This document shows positions 40,764 through 51,291 of a stretch of DNA of 64,000 nucleotides, piece by piece (the first letter of the stretch is position 1; every line of letters begins with the position of its first letter). Location of the stretch: the NCBI GenBank assembly GCA_020891255.1, contig BQFW01000002.1, forward strand, positions 434,001 through 498,000, written 5' to 3'. The position numbers were made by a program, and so were the translations under genes. The stretch is from Entomortierella parvispora E1425 (lineage: Eukaryota; Fungi; Mortierellomycota). Under the pieces are notes generated by a model. It ran no database searches. It had not been told where the DNA came from and worked only from the letters and a program-made list of their open reading frames with translations.

Positions 40764-41060
40764 GGTTATATAAATGGGCTAGTTGATGTGTCGAGGAAGG
40801 AATGAAGTTAAAGAGAGAAATGGGAATGGAGAGAAGGGGTCAATTGCAGGACATTGAGCTGATCAGTGCGCGCGTCGCTGTTTCTTCTGCGCTCTGGGTC
40901 TGCACCCAAATCACACAGGTCAAAAGCAGTCCATGAGTTTGAAACGCGACCGTCAACAGGGGTAAATTTGAGTAAAAAAAGTTCATGTTTATTATCTTCT
41001 CCTTCATGGCCTCCTTCATCATCCTCTTTAACATCATCATAGGCGGTGGTGGCAGTGGAT

Positions 41061-42805
41061 TTACTACAGCAATGACCAAAGGAGCAAGGAGTAATGGTTA
41101 GCCTCAGTGTCAATTCAAAAATAACGAAACATAAAAAAATATAGCAAAACTTACAGCAGCAGCCTTGACACGCTGAGCAGCACGCTTGCCGGTTTGGGCT
41201 TGGAAACCAGACTTGATGGCAGAGACGGATCTCGTGGAACCGCAAGCCTCGCACTGCAAGAAGAACAAACGGTTCTCCTTGGTCAAAATGGTGTCGGGAG
41301 ATTTGCAAGTCTTGCAGGTCACATACTCAACAATGTAACGACGCAAGACGGCCTCAATCTGCTTCTGCTGGAAGCGACCCTTGATGACCAAACGCTGGGA
41401 TCCATCAATCGATCCCGAAGTTCCCAATTCAGCAAACAAGAACTGAATAACGTGCTCGGGCTGACGATGCATTCTCTTGCAGATATCGGCAACGTTGGCA
41501 AAGACAGTCTTCTTGTTACCGTCACGCATGACCGAGGGAGGAACAATGGTGTAACGCTTCTTCTCACCGGCCAACTCGGGGTTGTTCTGACGAAGGATCT
41601 TGAAGACACGCGACAAGAGCTATACCGAATATAAAAGATGTGAGTTAAATGAAATCAAACCTGTCGTCACTATATTGGTCACGTCGGCGACACACGCGCT
41701 GGGAAGATCCTGAGTATTTACCTCGGTATATGTGTAATCACGGTTGGTTCCAATCCAGCCCTCCTCGGCCTCGGCGCCAGACTTGGCAGCAGAGCGCGAG
41801 CCGTCCTCATCATCGGCAGCAAAGACATCATCGGGGTCACGAGCACCACCATCCTCGCCCTCCTGCTCCTGACCATCCTCGAAAGCAGAGAAGTCGACCT
41901 TCTTGGACTTCTTCTTCTTCTTCTTCATGTCACCAAAGTCGAATGACTCGCCTTCAGCAGCAGGCTCCTCACCGCCCTCAGCAGTCTCGTCCTAAAGTTA
42001 TTTCATTTTGGAGTGGAGAGTTAGCAGCAAGCTTGGAGCAATAGATCAGATGCAGCATGGCTGCTTTCGCAAATTCCAGGCGATTGCAATGGGTCACATT
42101 ATGTTCCAAATCTGTACGTACCTCGGTCTTGACCTTTTTCTTCTTCTTCTTCTTTTCGCCAAACATGGCCATGGGGTCTTCCTCAGCAGCATCTAATTTT
42201 GAGGAGAGCTGTCATCGTTAGTAATTATGACTAATTTTCTTGTATGACTTGATCCACTTGCTGCGGCTGCAAATTTTTATCTCTTTGCAATGGCAACGAC
42301 TATCAAAGCTGTCGTGGTGAATGGCTTCGATTGTTTAAAAAAGAAGTGTTGTAATTTACCAGTAGCAGGGGCAGCCTCCTGGGCTTCGGCGGTCTCCTCA
42401 ACAGCCTCCTCTTCAGTCTTCTTGGACTTTTTCTTCTTCTTCTTCATGCTCAGGTCGAACACGAGCTAATACAGGTAGTTACAGTAGGGTAATATGAAGC
42501 GTGTGAGTGACTAGAAACAAGGAAATGGGGCAGCGTTCGGTCAAATGTAGTGATGAACGAAGCACGGCATAGATCATGACAGGCATGATCGTGCTTGGTA
42601 ACAAGGAGGGAGATTCTGGAGAAAGTGGCTGAAATGCTGCCCATTGAATGATCTACAGCAAAACCAGCGTGTAATGCACAGACGGGCGTAGTCTGCACAC
42701 AGAAAAGGGGTGTGTTGCTGTTGATCCTGTTTGGATGAAGGAATGGCGCCTTACTTCGTCGTCCTGGATCTCCATGGACTCGAGTTTCTCTTCGATTTCA
42801 GACAT
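41061..42805 (-). CDS. SUI3: Translation initiation factor eIF2 beta subunit (multi-exon; last exon is the stop codon only)
   Basis: Three poly-Lys boxes, [48 protein letters not shown] and the zinc ribbon CKTCKSPDT...CEACGS. Confidence 0.97.
42543..42721 (-). ncRNA. Candidate intronic H/ACA snoRNA in eIF2-beta intron 1
   Basis: On the sense strand, ACAGCAA/TTGCTGT forms a lower stem, followed by an internal pocket and an upper stem GTGTGCAGAC/GTCTGTGCATTACAC. H box AGATCA lies 14 nt after the upper stem. A second hairpin (AGCACG-ATCATG/CATGAT-CGTGCT) is followed by ACA-TTT. The second hairpin lacks a clear lower stem. Confidence 0.35.
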
Positions 42806-42926
42806 GATGGATATGGTTGAGATGGTAGAATGGATGCGGTGATCTGTGATGCTGAATCTATTTTGTCTGCTCGAGAACGAGGCGCAGATTTCCACGTGAT
42901 GTGATTGAGGGGCGTGGTGACTCGTG

Positions 42927-42935
42927 ACTTTGTCC
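42927..42935 (+). repeat. Left 9-bp TSD of the AcademH-type element (ACTTTGTCC)
   Basis: The right copy is split by the MULE: ACTTTGTC at 49827-49834 plus C at 54514. It is also read intact at 54506-54514. Confidence 0.9.
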
Positions 42936-43190
42936 TAGGCTCGACCCAGCCCTCTCTCCTCACCACGTGACCGCCGCAGGTGGTCATGTCCTCGTAGAGG
43001 GGCTGGCGGCAAATGTGGCCCTTTACATAGGATGAATATAAAAGGAAGGTGCTTAAGGGTTGTCATTAAGGGTTTGTCGATCTGGGTCACATCGCTGTCG
43101 GTTGTCGAATCACAACGCCTCCCAACGATTCACCTTGTCACATTCCTTCCCCACATGTCATCCCATTCCTGACATGCCTTCCGTTTTCTT
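42936..43190 (+). repeat. Left TIR (255 bp)
   Basis: Reverse complement of 49572-49826 with one mismatch (T at 43158). Confidence 0.96.
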
Positions 43191-43324
43191 ATGTTCCCTT
43201 TCTTTCCCTCCCTTTCTTTCCTTCCCATACCATCCGTTGTCTTCCATGTCTTTCACAGTATTATTTTCCATCAGCCTCTTTTATTAAATTCTTACAAAAG
43301 TAGCACCAATTGACCAGGCGACAA

Positions 43325-44933
43325 ATGGACACATTAAATCCCTCCGACGTTAATCCCTCCTTCAACATTCAGGAGATCCCCAACAATGCAATGGAGCTTT
43401 GCTGGAATCAATTCGGGTTCCGACTAAAGAGCGAGCAGTTGCAAGTAACGAAATCCATTGGTCATGGAAAGGACATTGTTCTCATTGCTGCATGCGGCTG
43501 GGGCAAGTCGCTGGTGTTCTTCTTGCCGTTGTTGTTCTGGGACCGAGGTGTTATTGTTATTGTGTCTCCGTTGCGAGCTGTCATGAAGGAGCAGCATGGA
43601 AAACTGGAAAGCCTTGGTATTAGAAGTCTATGCCTCTTAGGCGGTGGAGACCAGTCAATCAATCCCGGTGAAATTGCCAAGCTTGCCGCTGGTGTCTTCC
43701 GAGCAGTTTTCATGACACCAGAAGTCATTTTCGAGAACGACTTGGTGGAGGAACTCTGGTCCAGTCCACGGTGGCACTATCAGCTACGTGCAGTTGTCCT
43801 TGATGAGGCCCACTGCATCCACACCTGGGCAAAATTCAGGAAAAACTACTCAAAGCTCGGACTATTACGCCCTCGGCTCCCACCTCATGTTGCTTTCGTA
43901 GCAATGTCTGCCACTCTGCCCCCACACGTTCTTCATACAGTCAAGGCATCCCTCAACCTTGCACTCAATGTCCCAGTCATTAATACCGGCAATGACAGGC
44001 CCAATGTGAAGCTCATGGTGATGCGGACTCATTCACCACAGGCCATCACTCTCGAATTTCTCCTGACGGACCAGAGGAAAAACCATTGTCTATTTTGAGT
44101 TGATTCGGGATCTACACAAAGCACATAAGCACCTGCTCAACCTCTCCGGACCAAATGGCCAGTTTGCAAGTTACTTTGCCATCTTGTCTGACGAATACAA
44201 GTCTGACACTATGGAGAAGTTCAGGAGGGGTGAAGTTCGAGTCCTTTTCGCTTCCGACGCGGTCGGAATGGGCTGTGATATCAGTGATGTTGATTGTGTT
44301 ATACAGTTTGGAGTTCCGGATTCTGTCTTATCGCTTGTTCAGCGACTTGGACGTGCGGCGCGAAGCCCCGATATGCAAGGATATGGCATTGTATACTGTA
44401 CACTCAAGCAACAATATGCCAAGCACGAGGACGTACAGCTTAATGAATTCCTGGCGACAAAGACATGTCGTCGACAGGTTCTTAACAACATATTTCGCAA
44501 TGCTCCCCGAGTTATTGCCGAAAACTGCTGCGATATTTGTAAAAAGGATTATCACGCTGCTGGACTACCACCATTTACCTCTCGCCGAAACAAGCCTCTT
44601 CCACCCATCCGCAAGGGCGAGTTACTTGACTACGAGGAGAGGGCTGCTCTAGGAAAGGCGCTAAAGAAATGGCGTAAAGGGATTTACGATGAGATTGTTC
44701 TTACCACCTTCTTGCAGTTCAAACCCGAGGTGTTGCTATCCGACGATTGCATTATGAAGCTTATCAAGAGAGCTCCCAGAATTTTACGGGCAGAAGACGT
44801 GAAGGAAACCCTCGTCGGTTGGTCTCCTTGGAAACCAAGCCACTTCAAGGAGCTTTCTGATCTCGTTCAGGATACAGTACGGAAAACTCGTTCCGAGGTG
44901 GCTCGGCTTATGTCTGAAAGCTGGGACCACTGA
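43325..44933 (+). pseudogene. Transposon-borne RecQ-family helicase with a 1-nt frameshift at 44078-44082
   Basis: Walker A AACGWGKS, VIVSPLRAVM, VLDEAHC, AMSAT, GNDRPNV. Removing one A gives RKTIVYFE, then VLFASDAVGMGCD, VQRLGRAAR and the RQC zinc motif CRRQVL...NCCDIC. Confidence 0.88.
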
Positions 44934-45117
44934 CATAGATCAGCAATTAGATGGGGTAGTCAGCCCATGATACCAACGTACCATAACCAACATAATGTAC
45001 CCTGACCCACGGTTCATACTGACTATGCCCTCGTATGAAGAGCTCTTCAGCACTGCAATCCCGCAATAAACATTAATTAGTTTCCTGCTCCTCTACTCGG
45101 AGGCAAGAGCAGTAAGT

Positions 45118-47476
45118 TTATTGAAAAGGATCATCTGGAGCATCTTCATCCTCATCCTCGTTGTCATCTAATGTCCCTGTTTTTTTAAAATTATCAATTC
45201 TCGATTCAACCAAGAGTGCCAGGCCACAGGCATACAGATCCTTGTCCAAAGCTATCTCGAAATCAGGGTCCCCGGCACTAAAATCTTCGCTCAGAATATT
45301 GCACTGGCGAAATTTCAACACGAGCTGATTTATATCCTTCTCTGCTGAGACAGCTGAATGGTAACTTGAGTTGTGGGTCCGATTGAAGCATTCGTCAAAC
45401 TGTTTCCTAATTGCCTCAAAGGTGCGGATGTTGACCGATATCGATGACTCTCGCGTATCCCACTTTGAGTTGCTCCCTTTCAACTCAAAGGTAGCCTTCA
45501 TTATTTTGTTGTTGTGTTCCTGATACATGTCGGTCGGAATCCATCCATTTTCTTTGCCCTTAGTGTTAACTAACCAAGTTGCCATGAATCTTCTCTTCAT
45601 TTCGGGGGTCAATGTATATCGGATGGCACAATGAACACGCAACAGCTCCAGGGCATAGTTATTGTTGATGCCATTTTGAAACATGATCGTGATCCATCTC
45701 AGCGACTCCTCAATCCTGCCAACGTCGCCGGCTCTGATTGCTGCGCGGAGCTCGAAGTAGTAAAGCAGGTGTCGAAGAAGGAGGGCCATGTTCCTGTTTG
45801 TACGGCTGTGATAAAGCAGTTCATCTTGATCTGGCGATATGAGATCGTTCACAATGTGTCCGACCTTCTCTGCTACAATCTCCTGCAGCTGATCACTGCT
45901 CATCCCTTCAGCAGCCACTGGTAGATCTACGAGATAGACTTCCCAAACTCGTATGACGATCGCCTCAAATGTGTGTTCCAGGAGTTCGTGCGCAGCGTGG
46001 AAATCAAAATCTTTCAGGCTGACCCGCTTCCGCTTCAGAAAAACTGTGTTGAAATGTAACGACCCTGGCTGAATTGCTAAACCCCAATGAGTTTGGAGAA
46101 TGAGGCCACAGAACGCCATCTCCAGATGAAAAAGCTGTAACCAAGGCATTGCGAACTGTAATCGATGAAATGGTGAGACATCGACTGCCTTGTACTCCAT
46201 TGCCGTCGAGATCCTGCTGATGGTAAGCTGGTCGCCTGCAACTAGGATTTTTCGATTGTCGTCGAACCACGCCTGAGGTAGTCGAAGCGTCTTCTCCATA
46301 ATGGTATTGAGCACCTCCAGGTTTCCGGCGACGCTTGACTGATCAATATGCATTGAAGGCAATGGGTGAGCGACGGTTTTCACTGTGGCTAGTTTGTCTC
46401 GTGCTGGATCTGACTTGCGGCAGCAATCATAGCCCTTGGATGACCGAGCAAGAACCTTTAGTAGAGCGTTCTCCGTGACAGCCTGCATGTGCCCGTAGCT
46501 GTCAGCGCCAGGTATGAGGTCTGAGAGGCAAAGTCGGTGGTATGATAGCCGGATATCATCACGGCTAATCGTCTCATCCATCATCACAACTGTAGCCATG
46601 GTGCCACTCTCAAATGAGTCAGAATTGTCGATCCGCTGGTCCGATTTTCGACTCGCAAAGTTGATGTTGTCATAGACAAGATACCAAGGCTTGTCAACCA
46701 CAGCCTTACGAATCTTCTCCAGCGCGGCATCCGTCATTCCTATGGTGCGTGCAGCGTTATAGCGATCGTTAAGATTACGAAAATATCAATGGCACAGGCG
46801 CTTTCAAGTACGATTCATGGGAGGTTCAGAAACACCTACCCTTGAGAGCACGCAAAACTGAGGTGTGCGACACAGAGATTGAAGCCTTGGACAGAAGGTG
46901 AACCACGGCACTTGGACTTCCACAGCTGTAAAGGTAGAGGCCCATCATCATTTGGAAATGATTCGACTTCTGGCTCCGAAGAAAGAGGAGAACGCTACAT
47001 ATCATCACAATCGTGGAAGCCGATTTCTTGACGCTGTTGACAGAGGCAAGTCCTTTTATAACTTCAAGAACAGTTGGAGCGCAGGCCTCGATGTGTTGTT
47101 GAATGAAGTCAAGCTCGAATGTTTGGAGTTTGTCGAGGTCGATCGCGTTTGCTGGATGTCGAAGTTCCTCAACTTTGGACAAACGGTTGAGTTCTGCACC
47201 TCCATTTTTGACGACGATGGCCGTGACAGCCTTGTTGAATGATTTATCCTTGTTCGTTGCTGCCCAAATGCCGACAACCTCTGCTGCCCCGCCGTCCCGA
47301 TAGAAATAGGTCAACACCTTTTCAGTGCCTGGATGAGTCGAATTGAACAAAGTTCGCAAGGCAGCTAATAATGGGACCTGATGCCTCTCCAGTTGTCCGA
47401 TGAATTCGAAAACAATCTCTTGAACAGACAGGCTTTCAACGAACTGGAATGGTCGCTTCGTTGGTGAAGGATTCAT
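45118..47476 (-). CDS. Academ-type DDE transposase, intact 752 aa (exons 47476-46840, 46739-45118)
   Basis: A phase-1 intron joins LRALKG|MTDAAL. Motifs: LVYDNINF (D), VAGDQLT (D), LFHLEMA, IPTDMYQEHNNK (E). No stops or frameshifts were found. Confidence 0.82.
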
Positions 47477-47610
47477 TTTGCGAAAGACGAGGGCTCAACA
47501 ACAGGTGTTTGCGTAAGGCAGAATGTCGATGGAGTGAAGTTCGAAGCTTGAGAAAACGATGAAAGGAGGAGAGCGCTTCATGGAAGACATGAAATGAGAG
47601 CGGACGTTAC

Positions 47611-47730
47611 GGGAAGGCATGGGAAGATAGCGTATGGCACAGGACGGCCTGGGAAGACAAGGGACGGCATAGGAAGACAAGAGACGGCATAGAAAGACAA
47701 GGGACGGCATAGGAAGACAAGGGACGACAT
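47611..47730. repeat. About 20-bp tandem repeat (GGGACGGCATAGGAAGACAA), 5-6 degenerate copies
   Basis: Visible periodicity inside the element, upstream of the transposase start. Confidence 0.8.
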
Positions 47731-47879
47731 GGGAGGGAGAAAGGTTCAGTGTTCGAGAATTGGACGTGCGACCATCGACAAGAAGTTGAGTCGTGCGGCC
47801 TGCACTCCGTGTCCAGGGACTTCTCTTTTCGTCTCGGGCGCCGCCCACCTCTTCCTTTCATATCCTCTTCGCTTTGTCC

Positions 47880-47972
47880 TCGTTTTGTTCTTCGCCCTGT
47901 TCTTCGCCTTGTTCTTCGCTTCGTCCTTCGCTTTGTCCTTCACCTTGTTCTTCGCCTTGGTGTTCGCATTGT
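47880..47972. repeat. 12-bp tandem repeat (TTGTTCTTCGCC-like)
   Basis: Gives the AKNK-type periodic peptide in the 47746-47991 minus ORF. Confidence 0.7.
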
Positions 47973-48051
47973 TCCTCGTCTCAACCTTCATTCTGAATGA
48001 ATGAAATCAGCTCTGTCCAGCACCCCTTTGATCGGGCACTGTTTTCACACG

Positions 48052-48353
48052 CACTGTCCCCCTTTGTTCCCATATGATTTTGTTGCGTACTGTTTGCATA
48101 CGCGCCAGGACTCACTGTCCCCCCTTTGTTCCCATGTGATTTTTGTTGCGTACTGTTTGCATACGCGCCAGGACTCACTGTCCTCCCTTTGTTCCCATGT
48201 GATTTTGTTGCGTACTGTTTGCATACGCGCCAGGACTCACTGGCCCCCCTTTATTCCCATGCGATTTTGTTGCGTACTGTTTGCATACGCGCCAGGACTC
48301 ACTGGCCCCCCTTTATTCCCATGCGATTTTGTTGCGTACTGTTTGCATACGCG
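48052..48353. repeat. 61-63-bp tandem minisatellite, about 4.9 copies
   Basis: Unit CACTG(T/G)CCCCCTTT(G/A)TTCCCAT..GATTTTGTTGCGTACTGTTTGCATACGCGCCAGGACT starting at about 48052, 48113, 48176, 48238 and 48300. A partial sixth copy lies near 48393-48413. Confidence 0.95.
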
Positions 48354-48620
48354 ACAATTGTTCATGTGTCAGTGCCTCTTTGATCACGCACTCTTTGCAT
48401 ACGCGCCAGCACTATTCTCGTTCGCGCACTGACATCAAGCCCAACAATGCGCCGTGGACCGCTTTGTGTGCCTTCGATACTTGATCGCATTCCCAATTGC
48501 AAAAACATACTTAAAGGGGATGATACGCTCTCATTTTTCTCTATTTTCCTCATCAATTCTCTTCTCCACACCGCAGACAGCATCACTTCACCTCCATCTT
48601 TCATCAAGCGCAAAAACATC

Positions 48621-49543
48621 ATGCCCAAGCCCATTGAATTCAGTGTTACTATCACCATTCCCAAGGGTGATGTTAAGATTCAATTCTTCGCACACGTATG
48701 CGTCTGCGGGAGGGATTTCTCGAGATCTCAAACTCTACAGGACCACATTGAAGGGCGCAAGCTCCAAAAGGCATGTACTCTCATCAAGCCCCTGTTGATA
48801 CAAGAGTTATCGGAGAAAAATATCCATGTGGTACCAAAGTTTTACTCCGCCACACTGTTGCCCAAGCCAGCTTCAGAACCGGTACGTCGTGTTGATGACA
48901 AATGGATTAATGCGAGTTCGCATCATATACTGTAATGTAGATTTTAACGCCATGTCTTTTTATTTTTTGTCTCCTGTGGCATTTGTAGTCACCTACTTCA
49001 ACTCTGGCTGTTTCATCGCCCCCTTCTACTTCCGCCACACTTGGCACTAGTGAGCAGTACAGACCACCTACGGATCAAGAATCAAAGACACAACATCTAG
49101 TCGTGGATCTCTTCAGGAAGCTCAACGAGAAAGTGGATTCAAATACTGCGGATTTTTCGCGTCGACTGCAATCTTTGGACAACATGACCTATCAAATGCA
49201 CGAGAGGTTATCAGGTTTTGTTAGCATTCATGAGAAAACCGAGAGGTGGATTTCAAGCTCTACTTCCAGTTCTCTTGCACAGCACCAGTACAATTCGAAA
49301 ATGAAATCTGATCCAAGGGGGCCCAGCCCTAGGGAGACCAGTCCCTATCATCAAGCACGAAGTCCTTCTAGGCCCTCTGTTGGCTCCAGCGGCTCTAGTG
49401 GCCCCCCCAGCTTCGCAGATATTGAGACGAGCACGCCTCGACCAGAAGTACTACAGGCCGACCGAGTGTGGGCTGCAATTCGGGAAGAGGAACAAAAACA
49501 ACTAGAAGGAGGGTTTTCACATCAAGTAATATATTCTGACTAA
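48621..49543 (+). CDS. Third gene inside the AcademH element: about 250-aa protein with a C2H2/C2HC-like finger, coiled coil and Ser/Pro-rich tail
   Basis: MPKPIEF...CVCGRDFSRSQTLQDHIEGRKLQKAC. Donor CCG|GTACGT at 48882 and acceptor CAG at 49055-49057 join in frame to the 49103-49543 ORF (DLFRKLNEKVDSNTADFSRRLQSLD). Confidence 0.5.
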
Positions 49544-49571
49544 ATTTTGACACATGACAAAGGAAAGACAG

Positions 49572-49826
49572 AAGAAAACGGAAGGCATGTCAGGAATGGG
49601 ATGGCATGTGGGGAAGGAATGTGACAAGGTGAATCGTTGGGAGGCGTTGTGATTCGACAACCGACAGCGATGTGACCCAGATCGACAAACCCTTAATGAC
49701 AACCCTTAAGCACCTTCCTTTTATATTCATCCTATGTAAAGGGCCACATTTGCCGCCAGCCCCTCTACGAGGACATGACCACCTGCGGCGGTCACGTGGT
49801 GAGGAGAGAGGGCTGGGTCGAGCCTA
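49572..49826 (-). repeat. Right TIR (255 bp)
   Basis: 254/255 identity to the left TIR in inverted orientation. Confidence 0.96.
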
Positions 49827-49834
49827 ACTTTGTC
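49826..49834 (+). repeat. Left 9-bp TSD of the MULE (AACTTTGTC)
   Basis: Exact copy at 54505-54513. The bases outside the two copies differ. Confidence 0.9.
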
Positions 49835-50065
49835 GAGGATACTTCTTCACCCCCCAAAAGTGGCGTTTAGGCCCGGGAGGGACTTCGTCACGTGGAGTAT
49901 ATGGCCTTGCACTTATAGAATTGCAAGGATATAACGATAATGGTAGGATATAACGTACTCTCACGTGATATCTACACGTGACAACATACGTCTGTTGCGT
50001 ACGGGGGCAGGCTTGAGGGGCGCTGTGCGGGATATGGCAATCCTAGGTGACGAGTGAGAATCAGA

Positions 50066-50215
50066 CTAAGGGTCGCCGTGCTGGCCTCTGTCAGTATCGA
50101 TCAATGTGGAATAAGACGGATCATGTATTGGTAATAATAAATAATGAGAGGGCTGCTACCTAAGGGTCGCCGTGCTGGCCTCTGTCAGTATCGATCAATG
50201 TGGAATAAGACGGAT
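50066..50215 (+). repeat. 56-bp perfect direct repeat, 2 copies (50066-50121, 50160-50215)
   Basis: CTAAGGGTCGCCGTGCTGGCCTCTGTCAGTATCGATCAATGTGGAATAAGACGGAT occurs twice, 94 bp apart. Confidence 0.95.
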
Positions 50216-51291
50216 AAAGAGCAGAGGGCCACGCCGTGCGAGCAACTACATATAGTGGTTCTACTTAAGGGTGTATCGTACCGTCCTGGCCATCAACACG
50301 TCATTTAGTCACGTGGATTTATATTGTCTGCCCAAATAGGAAGGAGTCTCGATCACCCCACAAAGTATAGGGAGACATGTCCGAAAAACAACATCGTTCT
50401 ATGTGAAGTCATTCAAATCGTATCAGAATGCCATGATTGTTAGCAATATCGATAGATATGATAAAAATACACCTCTCAAGTGATCGCGAGCAGTTTTGAA
50501 CAAGTTTGAGAGCGTGTTCATCTTCGTTGTGCTTATTTTGACTGAAAATGACGAGGGTGTTCGCTATGTTTTGGCTAGTTACCATTGTATATTCAATTAC
50601 AACACCACTTTCTTCCACATACATCCAAAACTTTCAGAATCCATGCCCTTTCCAATGTACATACTGTGAATGCGCTTTATTCGGTCAACACGCCTCGAAA
50701 AAAAGAACTTCACTTAGGAGCAAAGTGATCGACTTGGAAAAAAAATAGAATTTTGATGCATCTGAGGACATTTGTCTCGACTTTCCATGGTCAGAATTGC
50801 AACAATTGGGCTGAAAGCACTTTCCTGAGGTGGCCACACATTGTACGAAGAACGTAGTATCGTTTTCCTGCCAAAGAACGATTCCTCTAGAGGGCAATTG
50901 GATGAGTCATTCAAAGTAAAATGAACTTCTGACTACAATTTTACAGTAGTAATGCCTCAGCATGATGACAAGCTCTTGGCTGTTTTCCAAAGAAGTACTA
51001 TTCATAGGCAGGTGTCGCGATATACATGTTATTAAAAGTTGGAAGAGGTTTGGCTTCCGGATTCAGAGCTATCATGGTTCCTGAGATAGAGATATTGCTG
51101 CCATTTTATTTGTTTTTTTAAAAAAAAGAGCTCCCAGAAGGAGTATTTCCTCAGGAAACCCTGGGCCATAGGAACAGCAACCGAGATTGCATCAGAACTT
51201 GCGAAAGAACACTGCCAAATCATATGGTTGAACTATGATCGATCATGTCGCATCGAAGATAGAGTGGGCTGTGTGTTTATTACATTATTAT

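Larger units (their letters stand above)
42936..49826. mobile_element. AcademH-type DNA transposon (6.9 kb; RecQ helicase, DDE transposase and an extra zinc-finger gene)
   Basis: 255-bp TIRs with 5'-TAGG...CCTA-3' termini, a 9-bp TSD, and convergent SF2 RecQ-like helicase and Academ-like transposase genes. Confidence 0.88.

Noticed and set aside
42550-42632. C/D box snoRNA on the + strand (GTGATGA...CTGA)
   Set aside because: Antisense to the host intron and no terminal stem adjacent to the boxes; the sense-strand H/ACA-like fold is more coherent.
43325-44933. RecQ ORF as the host SGS1/BLM gene
   Set aside because: It is short, lacks the long N-terminus and HRDC-type context, and sits between 255-bp TIRs next to a transposase.
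47746-47991. AKNK-repeat ORF as an upstream transposase exon
   Set aside because: Explained by the 12-bp tandem repeat; no convincing splice link, and the transposase has its own ATG at 47476.
48052-48353. 62-bp repeat array as a CRISPR-like array
   Set aside because: Units are contiguous near-identical tandem copies with no unique spacers, there are no cas genes, and the context is eukaryotic.
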